Below, one piece after another: positions 56,684-64,000 of a stretch of 64,000 nucleotides of DNA. The stretch is taken from the NCBI GenBank assembly GCA_000002435.2, contig CM018792.1; one strand, written 5' to 3'. The translations under genes and the position numbers were made by a program. Source of the stretch: Giardia intestinalis (taxonomy: Eukaryota). Each line of letters opens with the position of its first letter. Position 1 is the stretch's first letter. Below the pieces are notes generated by a model that saw only the letters and a program-made list of their open reading frames with translations, made no database searches and was not told the origin of the DNA.

Positions 56684-59566
56684 CTATGACAATAAACGTA
56701 TAAATGCGTCCCGCAGTTGAGGGTTGGTAGAGCCAGAGTACCTTTTAAGCCTCTCCAAAGCAGAAAGACCGCGAGTGTCCTCTAGGGCTTTTTCCCGTGG
56801 TGCTAGGATCTCTGCACACTCAAAGTTCTGGAACTCTACAGCATAGATTAGGGCTGTGCAGTTGTCGTCTTGTGCGTTTTGGACTCCTGCTTCATATGGA
56901 GCTAACAGCCTCACCATAGTTACGTCTCCTGCTACCGCTGCCCACATAAGCGCGGTGTACCCCTTGCCATCTTGGCGCCTCTTTTCGTGGTCTATCAGGA
57001 GAAGGCAGCATTCCACATTGCCGTTCTTAGCTGCGCGTATCAACGCTGTTTCACCCTTCTTGTTGTGGAGGCCTGCCTCTGTCGTGCACAGCAGTTTTAC
57101 TGCGGAGAGGTTGTTGTTGGAAACTGCGTGAATAAGAGACGTGTTGCCATCCTCATCCTTTTCACGGCTTTGGTACGGCAAAAGGCAAAAGATTTTCAGT
57201 ACATCCCCCTCTATTGCATACCTCATCATCTCCGTGCGCGGGCCTTTCCGAGATGTGCCACTTTCTGTAATATTAGTGGGCATCTGTGTTATGTTCTGAA
57301 CATCACAGTAGCTAGACTCCAGGCCCCGGAGAAGCTCTGCTGTCTCGAAATGCTCACTCCGTAGCGCTAGTATTAGAGCTGTATCCCCGTTGTCTAAACA
57401 CATCCCACACTCCAGAGGCGCAAGTATCGAGACAGCACCCTTATTATCTCTTTCACAGGCAAACATAAGAGCCGTGTAGCCGTTAGTTAAGGCACACCCT
57501 GCATATTCCATGTGTCGAGGTATGTCATGGTTATGCCGAAAGAGAACAGCGTCCATCAAGGGTGTATGTGTCGACCACCTTTTAGAGGATGCCCTATTCT
57601 TCGATGCAATCAGCATCCATTCATCTAAAGGCGACCTGGCGTCTTCTCTCTCATGATTGGGAGTAGTGTCCAGCATTCTCCGCGTACCTCTGGGCCCTGG
57701 TGAGGGCTGTACCTTTGGTGATTGAGTAGCAGGAGGTCTGATGTTGGAAGATTTCAGCCTCGTACTGGTATGGACTACGGACCGTGTTGGTGTTGGCAAT
57801 GTGTGGGCCCTTTCTATGGGCCTGGAGACTTGTGGGGTGCCTGGACTTGCCTTGCTCCCTCTGCCTCTGGAGAGTACGCTGTTCTCTGAGAGAGGTGATG
57901 CGATTGACCTCCGAATCGGAGTAGATGATTTTGGTTTGCTAGTTGTCACTCCCAACGTATTCTGCGGAGTATTCTGCAACAGAATTCCTGGGTTCAATAC
58001 GTGTGGAGACCGTATCAAATTATCCACCGTTGTGTTACACAAAGATATAGAGTTTTCATAACTTTGGATAGTTCTTTTCAACTCTTCATTTTGCCGTGTC
58101 AGCGCCTTTATTTGCTCATCCCTTTGTGTTATATTGGCTTGCAGTGAGCTAATAAGCTGTGCTTGCTGTACGCATTTTTGTGATATCACGTCTATCTCAT
58201 GTAGTCTATTTTGTTCTAGTGACATCTCTGTGGAGTCTGCATCGCTCTGTCTTGAGTACACACTGCTATTTCGATTAGGTGTGATGCTGTCTGCTCTCTC
58301 TGTGATGTGGATTGATGGAAGTTCAGACTTCACCAGTTGCTGTGCCGCCGCAAGCAATGTGGAAAGGTTTTCAAAAGGTGCGGACTGGCACAGCACGGCA
58401 ATCTCTTCTCCTAGTGAAGCATTAATAGCTCGGAGAGATGCATTTTCCTTTTGAAGTGTCTCTCTTTCAACACCGTGAGCCTTTGTGATTTCAGCCATCT
58501 TCACCTCCAAATTCTCTATTTTGGACACGAAGATTGTCGCTTGCTCTTCATTCTGACGCTGCTGTGCTTCTAGCTCACGCTGCCGGGCAGCTACTTCTGT
58601 TCGGAGGGCTTCGATATTGCTATTCTTCTCCGCCATCTGGGCCTCTGTGAATATTGGATAGAGCGTTTGGATGTGCTCATTTTTGTTGTGTACTGCAGAG
58701 TCACGAATGCAGCCGAGTAAGTCGGCATTGGTTTGTCGAGGTTCTGGTGTTGCAAATCTGTCAGAACAGCGGGGCCTGTGGGGCTCGTGAATAGTGGCAT
58801 CGTGACCAGAAATGTTGCTACTAGATTCGCTGGTTACCAGCTGAGCACTTTGAAGAAAAGACAATGAGTAAGTATCCTCTTCAATCCCCGAAAGTTGGCA
58901 AGTGGAGGTGGGGTCGGGGTGGGCAGTGCCCCTGCAAGGCTGCTGCTCTACAGTCGAAGCATCCCAAATGCTAACATTGGGGGTCAAGGAGAGCTCTAAG
59001 CCATGGTTCTGGTTAGACTCTGTCACACAGATCTCTTGGTTGGTGGCCAGGCTTTCTGATTTTAAAGACTGCTTTTTCACTTCACAGTGTACCCCTCTAG
59101 TACTTAGTTCGTGTAGAATAAGGTGCTGGATGGGCTCAGATGTTGTAGGGATCATGCGGTCGTACACACATTGAAGATCTTCGAGAGCCAGGCCAGGATG
59201 CCGGAGAAGAATCCTTAAGGACGGTACATCCTCTCGTTGGACAGCGATATCCAGGGCTGTTAGCCCTGCTTTGGTATGTCGAATACTCGTGTAAGCCAAC
59301 AGAAGTGCCAAGGCCTTACATGCTCCAGATTGAGCAGCAAATATGAGGGCATCTTCATTGTTATCCGTGCAGACATCAACCTCTGAAGGTATCAAAATGC
59401 TCGCGAGATTGGCATTGTTCATTCGGCACGCAATCATGAGTGCGGTTTCTCCTGCCTCTGTGCGGGTTCTAGCATGAATTTTTATCATTTCACTCACAAG
59501 TGAGATGTCGCCGCACTTAACTGCGTTGAACCAATCGTGCTGGGCCGGATCTAAAGGAGCATCCAT
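56684..59566 (-). CDS. Ankyrin - coiled-coil - ankyrin protein (Protein 21.1 family).
   Basis: N-terminal ankyrin units (ETALMIACRMNNANLASIL). A central ~250 aa coiled-coil (AQMAEKNSNIEALRTEVAARQRELEAQQRQNEEQA...). C-terminal ankyrin units (TALMWAAVAGDVTMVRLL, TALIYAVEFQNFECAEIL). The first ATG is at 59566; the track start is a TTG. Confidence 0.7.
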   Translation of the reverse strand: MDAPLDPAQHDWFNAVKCGDISLVSEMIKIHARTRTEAGETALMIACRMNNANLASILIPSEVDVCTDNNEDALIFAAQSGACKALALLLAYTSIRHTKAGLTALDIAVQREDVPSLRILLRHPGLALEDLQCVYDRMIPTTSEPIQHLILHELSTRGVHCEVKKQSLKSESLATNQEICVTESNQNHGLELSLTPNVSIWDASTVEQQPCRGTAHPDPTSTCQLSGIEEDTYSLSFLQSAQLVTSESSSNISGHDATIHEPHRPRCSDRFATPEPRQTNADLLGCIRDSAVHNKNEHIQTLYPIFTEAQMAEKNSNIEALRTEVAARQRELEAQQRQNEEQATIFVSKIENLEVKMAEITKAHGVERETLQKENASLRAINASLGEEIAVLCQSAPFENLSTLLAAAQQLVKSELPSIHITERADSITPNRNSSVYSRQSDADSTEMSLEQNRLHEIDVISQKCVQQAQLISSLQANITQRDEQIKALTRQNEELKRTIQSYENSISLCNTTVDNLIRSPHVLNPGILLQNTPQNTLGVTTSKPKSSTPIRRSIASPLSENSVLSRGRGSKASPGTPQVSRPIERAHTLPTPTRSVVHTSTRLKSSNIRPPATQSPKVQPSPGPRGTRRMLDTTPNHEREDARSPLDEWMLIASKNRASSKRWSTHTPLMDAVLFRHNHDIPRHMEYAGCALTNGYTALMFACERDNKGAVSILAPLECGMCLDNGDTALILALRSEHFETAELLRGLESSYCDVQNITQMPTNITESGTSRKGPRTEMMRYAIEGDVLKIFCLLPYQSREKDEDGNTSLIHAVSNNNLSAVKLLCTTEAGLHNKKGETALIRAAKNGNVECCLLLIDHEKRRQDGKGYTALMWAAVAGDVTMVRLLAPYEAGVQNAQDDNCTALIYAVEFQNFECAEILAPREKALEDTRGLSALERLKRYSGSTNPQLRDAFIRLLS

Positions 59567-60158
59567 AAGAAATTTTAGAGCGTGCCCGGAAATAATACTT
59601 AGACGCAATTTACATGTCTGCTTCAGCCACCAAGTTGTTCACATGCGCCAGGCAATTGTCTAGGGCACCCCTTGTCTTCGCAATAATGGTTATTTGGAGC
59701 TTCTCACCCTTACTCTCCCCCGGGCGAAGCACCGTAGCATCGAAGGCTTGGCTGAGATACTCAATTGTCTGTGCCTTAAGCAACTGGCGCTTGGCACTTG
59801 CAGAGAGATTGCTTATATCCAGCACAACTTGGGCTCCTGGAAGGTCGCAGATCCCAAGAGCCGCAGCCGTCCGCACTGCAGAATGATACTCGGGAGGTAA
59901 GGAATACTGGGCCGACAACGGGTATATGAAGTTTGGAGACAGAATGTGGAGAGTGGGGTGGAGTGATGGTTGTACCTCTTCTCTGCCATTCTCACTAGCT
60001 AAACCGGTGTTGCGTAGGTTCTTTATGTTAGCCAGGCCATGTCCCGTCCGTACTAGAGGAACAAATGGGGGGTGCTGGCCAAGTTTCTGTTGCGCTAAGT
60101 AGACTGTGTGTTAGTGTTTGCAGGTCCCTCCTTTTTTTGCTGTTTCCCCAACCTCAAA

Positions 60159-60569
60159 ATGGCTTCCAGGACTATGTGCACCTGCCACGGAACCATCCAT
60201 CCCCTAATCCCCGCGCGGACAGGGGCACTCATGTGTCTCAACTGTGGGAACATCGTCTGCCAAGCACAGGGCTTGGGGCCGTGTCTCTTCTGTGGTGCTT
60301 CCTGCAGCAATGAGCAGTTTGCAGTCACCGAGGAGCTGGTCACACAGCAATCAGCTAGCTCTGCCTCGCCCGCAGCTCGCCAAATGAACGAAAACCTGAA
60401 ACGCCTCGTCCGACGAAATCCTTGTGAGCCCCTCACTGAGGCTGAAGAAAAAACTGCTGAGTTATTCAGGCAGACAATACTGAAGAACATAGAAGATGCG
60501 GCAGAGATAGATCCTGTGTTGGCCATCAAGGATGATCAAGATGGGCTCCTCGGGCTTCTTGGGGATTAA
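60159..60569 (+). CDS. Small protein with a C2HC5-type zinc finger (TRIP4/ASC-1-like) and no ASCH domain.
   Basis: CTCHGTIHPLIPARTGALMCLNCGNIVCQAQGLGPCLFCG matches the C2HC5 pattern C.C..H.L.....C..CG.I.C...G.GPC.FCG. The track start is a GTG; the first ATG is at 60159. Confidence 0.5.
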   Translation: MASRTMCTCHGTIHPLIPARTGALMCLNCGNIVCQAQGLGPCLFCGASCSNEQFAVTEELVTQQSASSASPAARQMNENLKRLVRRNPCEPLTEAEEKTAELFRQTILKNIEDAAEIDPVLAIKDDQDGLLGLLGD

Positions 60570-60687
60570 GCTCAGAAGCAAATCATCGCTTCTATCATGT
60601 GGCTGCTGAATATGCTGAACCTTTTTGTGCATAGAGAGATGGAGGCATCTTTGCATCACTACTAATGAACGAGGTACAAAAAATCAT

Positions 60688-62208
60688 ATGAGTGAATTGC
60701 GTACTCTGCACACGCAAATAACCATTATTGGGGGACACACGAAGCCAATCCGTGGTTTGTATGTGGGAAGCAATTTTCTGATAGTCGCAGACGAAGCCCA
60801 GGTGTACTACTACAAACGACCCTATGAAGACGAGGATTCATATGGGATTGAGTGTACCTTTAAGGATAAATTTGGAGGCCCTATCTCTTGCATGGCCTAC
60901 AGTATAGCCTATGGCGTTGAGCTTCTCTACTTGGGCACCACCCTTGGGTGCCTAAACGTTGTTCGCCTGAAGACAGCGAACGGACGGAGAACGATGCATC
61001 TAGACCACTTCTTCTATGTTGGGAGGGCTGCAATTCGAAAGCTACAGTGGCTAACTATGGCTAAAATCTTAGTGATAACTGCTGCATCTCCTGACATTTA
61101 TATGTATGTGCCTCTGCTCGGGCAAGTTTTCTCCCGAAGGGTCTCGAATAAGCCCCTCACGCATAGTTTTCTGGACGAGCTCACAGAGGCACTTTATATT
61201 TCTGATTCACGGGACTATGTGAGGGTCTTCAACATACCTCTTAGCAATCCAGGAATTATCAATCAGAATGCGGCAGTACGAGGATCGTCCTTGTTTGTTT
61301 CTTTGTACGACGGTACATCATACACTCCGACAACCTCCATTTTCGCCTCTGGGATGGGCTCTACTAAAGCACAGACTTTTAATAGAAAATTCCACGAATC
61401 AAGTAGTACTAAGCAAACGACAGACAAGCAAACGACAGACGAGCTTTCCACAATCAAGATTAGAAACAACACTAACTTTAGCATATCAATGGTTCCTAAG
61501 ACCACTGCGCCATCCACTATCTATTCACTTAAGCCAAAGAAGCACCGTGGCAAGAAAGTTTTAGCTAAACTTTCTAATTTCTTTAAACGGTTTTCTAAGC
61601 ATACCAGCCAGGCAAGGCGTGTAGAGTCATCGGAGCTTGGTGTGTGTGCTTTGCAAATAGAGGGTCTGGGGGAGAATGCTATCGATACTAGTACCAGAGC
61701 TGTCTCAATTGTGACAAGCTGCACTGGGCAGGACGCCGTCTACGTACCCAAACTAGTTGCTGCGTTAGGAATGAACTCGGCTCGACGGCTAGTGCAATCT
61801 GCGCACAAGAAATCTATCCGAACCTTTCTGATCGACCCCGTCAACGGGCTAATATTTACTGGAGGAGATGACAAGGTCATTGCCATATGGAACATCGAGT
61901 CGCTGTTTGTGTCTGGTGAATCATACATAATCGATACCAGCAACTTCAACTACAAAAAAGTCACAACACTGGCCTTTTCACCTTTGCGTCTTGTGCTTTT
62001 CAGTGCAGACGAAAGCGGGGCTATTAACGTGTTTGATGCCAACAACCTCCTTATTGTTAACACCTGGCTTGCACACAGCGGTCCCATCAATGGAATCTTT
62101 CTTGATGACGAGGCAGGGCTACTCTACACATATGGCAACGACGGACTTATTAAGGTCTGGCGCGTTTGGATAGACGAGTCTGAGTGCCTTGTCGCTAAGA
62201 GGAAGTAG
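60688..62208 (+). CDS. WD40-repeat protein, hypothetical.
   Basis: C-terminal WD units (FTGGDDKVIAIWNIES, LFSADESGAINVFDANN, YGNDGLIKVWRV). An S/T/K-rich linker lies in the middle. The first ATG is at 60688. Confidence 0.55.
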   Translation: MSELRTLHTQITIIGGHTKPIRGLYVGSNFLIVADEAQVYYYKRPYEDEDSYGIECTFKDKFGGPISCMAYSIAYGVELLYLGTTLGCLNVVRLKTANGRRTMHLDHFFYVGRAAIRKLQWLTMAKILVITAASPDIYMYVPLLGQVFSRRVSNKPLTHSFLDELTEALYISDSRDYVRVFNIPLSNPGIINQNAAVRGSSLFVSLYDGTSYTPTTSIFASGMGSTKAQTFNRKFHESSSTKQTTDKQTTDELSTIKIRNNTNFSISMVPKTTAPSTIYSLKPKKHRGKKVLAKLSNFFKRFSKHTSQARRVESSELGVCALQIEGLGENAIDTSTRAVSIVTSCTGQDAVYVPKLVAALGMNSARRLVQSAHKKSIRTFLIDPVNGLIFTGGDDKVIAIWNIESLFVSGESYIIDTSNFNYKKVTTLAFSPLRLVLFSADESGAINVFDANNLLIVNTWLAHSGPINGIFLDDEAGLLYTYGNDGLIKVWRVWIDESECLVAKRK

Positions 62209-62214
62209 TTCTAT

Positions 62215-63810
62215 TCACGCTTGGATGGTGAGTATAACGTTGTATGCTATACTATTAACTATTACTAAGCCAAGGACAGCAAAGAATAGGCTCATGTAGC
62301 TTTTCATTGCAAAGAAGGGCTTGGTGTCTCCTGATGTCAGTACGAACGGAGCTGGAGTTGGAGCCGAAGCCGGCTCGGGGCAAATGGTAGAATTGTTGTT
62401 ACTGGTGTCCAAGACGTGAGTAGAAGGCTGTTGAAGCGGCCCGGTATATATTGCGGATACGGTGGCAGGCGCAACGCTCTTCGTGACGAAACGTGTTTGA
62501 TCATAGAGAGAGCTTTCATTGGGAGACAGAATAGACAGCTGCTGAGGACCCTCTCCACAAACGCTGGCAGACATGCTATTCAACTTGGCATTTGGCTCTC
62601 CAGCGCACACAACTACAGGCTCATCGGTATTGCGAGGCAGAGCGAATGGTTGCACTCTACCATCTGCAATAACGCTAGATGGAGTGGCAGCTGAATAGTT
62701 CCCTGTTTCTGAGCGGTCCCGGCTGCTTTTCTCTTGTAACATGAACATGGTTAAGGTCTGTTGGGTCTTCATGATATGCTCAATCTGTTCATTGTGTCCA
62801 GTTATGAGCGTCGTTATCTTCTCAAACCCACTTGAAAGAGACGCACAATGTTCTGTATTTTGTTTTGTCAGAGCATCAAGTCGTTCTATTTTTTCGCTTA
62901 TGCCTGCTAAGAGAGTTGATAAGGATTTTTCTACCCCCTCGAAACTTCCATCACCTCTGGGAGAGTACTTGCTCGGGCGATTAGTTGCCCCTGGTGTGAT
63001 GTTTGCACTCCCTGCATTCGGCACAGCACACTTGGCAAGAAGCTTAAAGCAGTCTTCATGCCCAGGACTGTTAACGTCTTCTTGTGCGCCACCTGCGCCG
63101 GAATTGTGGATCGATAGTTCTTCACTGGAAACCTTAGTTTGGCTGAAGAGATGAGCTGCTTCGTCTGTGATATCTGCCCTTTCATGTGCAACCCCAATAG
63201 AAACACACGGTAATGATAGATCCTTCGGCGAAGTATTCTCTTCTGTCCGCTCACTGATCGTGCGGCAATTATCAGAGGTGCAGATAGACACCAGTTCTTG
63301 GCTTATATTCTGTGCATTAGCCTTTTGAACAGATTCCTTTACCAACTTTGAGATTGCTGGAATTTGTCCTTTATTAGCAATTTTTGGCCGTACAACATGG
63401 GGCTCAGAGTCATAGGGCCCTACCTTACTGAATGATTTGCGGGAGATATTGCGGCCGACATCTGACGAGCCTGCCCGCCGAGGGACGGACCTGGAAGCCG
63501 ACGAGGACCTGCTGCCCGAGCGCATTGTCCTGATAGACTCTTTAGAAGGTGTCTGCTTCATTGGAGTAGTCATGGGCCCAACGTCCTTGTGGATTGCTAA
63601 CCTCTCAGTAGACCTACTTCTATTTGGTCCCGGAGAGATGGTGTCCCGTGACACGCCCCTGGGTTCTTTGCTCTTAGGCCTGCGAGCCTCCTGTGGAGTG
63701 GTTCGCGTATTGGCAGCACGCAACGGTATTGGCTTGGTATTGGGGATCGTCAGGCGAGGGGTTGCGTGAAGCAAACTAACAGTAGAGACAGGCCTCTTGG
63801 CTTCTTCCAT
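62215..63810 (-). CDS. Ser/Arg-rich tail-anchored membrane protein, hypothetical. The frame stays open upstream to the window end, so the N-terminus may lie beyond 64000.
   Basis: The basic S/R/P-rich N-terminal half is followed by a coiled-coil-like middle and a C-terminal TM (FFAVLGLVIVNSIAYNVILTI) just before the stop. Reverse-strand codons 63811-63999 contain no stop in frame. Confidence 0.45.
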   Translation of the reverse strand: MEEAKRPVSTVSLLHATPRLTIPNTKPIPLRAANTRTTPQEARRPKSKEPRGVSRDTISPGPNRSRSTERLAIHKDVGPMTTPMKQTPSKESIRTMRSGSRSSSASRSVPRRAGSSDVGRNISRKSFSKVGPYDSEPHVVRPKIANKGQIPAISKLVKESVQKANAQNISQELVSICTSDNCRTISERTEENTSPKDLSLPCVSIGVAHERADITDEAAHLFSQTKVSSEELSIHNSGAGGAQEDVNSPGHEDCFKLLAKCAVPNAGSANITPGATNRPSKYSPRGDGSFEGVEKSLSTLLAGISEKIERLDALTKQNTEHCASLSSGFEKITTLITGHNEQIEHIMKTQQTLTMFMLQEKSSRDRSETGNYSAATPSSVIADGRVQPFALPRNTDEPVVVCAGEPNAKLNSMSASVCGEGPQQLSILSPNESSLYDQTRFVTKSVAPATVSAIYTGPLQQPSTHVLDTSNNNSTICPEPASAPTPAPFVLTSGDTKPFFAMKSYMSLFFAVLGLVIVNSIAYNVILTIQA

Positions 63811-64000
63811 TTGATCTGGAAAGCTGCTGATCTCGGCATCCTGCTGACAGGTATCTATAGTTTCCTGGGCAGCAGCGTGCGTTGTAGTCGGAAGTGTAGC
63901 CGAGGGTTCAGTGGTTGCAAGAAGGCCAGGGGCAGCGGAGGCTAGTTGCTTAGAGAGGCTGGCAGATGAGCCAATAATGATGTCCTTGAACGCAGTATCT

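Noticed and set aside
59609-60158. Opposed small ORFs 59610..59918 (-) and 59614..59886 (+) in the 550-bp spacer. The minus-strand ORF superficially resembled a small alpha/beta domain.
   Set aside because: The minus ORF has no ATG (TTG start, only Met is the last residue). The plus ORF is Leu/Ala/Ser-rich with no motif. Both were treated as non-coding spacer.
1-64000. Possibility that the window is prokaryotic with defence systems, CRISPR arrays or operons
   Set aside because: There are no short direct repeat arrays and the genes are eukaryotic (RNA Pol III largest subunit, TERT, kinesin, eS28/eL14, ESCRT-III, ankyrin-NEK fusions, CRGKA-tailed VSP). The organisation matches Giardia.

Overview
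This 64 kb window is protein-coding on both strands with no evident spliceosomal introns and very short intergenic spacers. Stop codons of convergent genes are 0-1 nt apart or overlap. A-rich initiators sit directly upstream of ATGs and AGTRAAY polyadenylation motifs follow several stop codons. The content points to Giardia intestinalis as the source: a short CXXC/GGCY cysteine-rich surface protein ending in the canonical CRGKA tail (a VSP), high-cysteine and EGF-like membrane proteins, five 'Protein 21.1'-type ankyrin-repeat genes (two fused to degenerate NEK-like kinase domains) plus one decayed ankyrin remnant, and overall GC near 49 %. Recognisable housekeeping genes are a GPN-loop GTPase, an ESCRT-III/Snf7 subunit, a Ser/Thr kinase, type II pantothenate kinase, a Ddi1-like retropepsin, telomerase reverse transcriptase, an N-terminal-motor kinesin, the RNA polymerase III largest subunit (1.75 kb of extra lineage-specific insertions), and ribosomal proteins eS28, eL14 and uS10/S20. 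The supplied ORF track accepts TTG/GTG as start codons, so several CDS starts below were moved to the first in-frame ATG. The observations most worth a second look are: (1) a 634-codon reading frame interrupted by a single in-frame TAG; (2) a stand-alone Tc1/mariner-type paired HTH DNA-binding protein with no transposase catalytic domain; (3) a ~0.9 kb GC-rich island (~65-70 % GC) carrying tandem thioredoxin-fold paralogs, the second redox-dead; (4) an abrupt ~75 % to ~45 % GC switch inside one kinase-ankyrin gene; (5) an ankyrin pseudogene with no ATG; and (6) extreme gene compaction. No rRNA, tRNA, CRISPR or prokaryotic defence-type loci were recognised.
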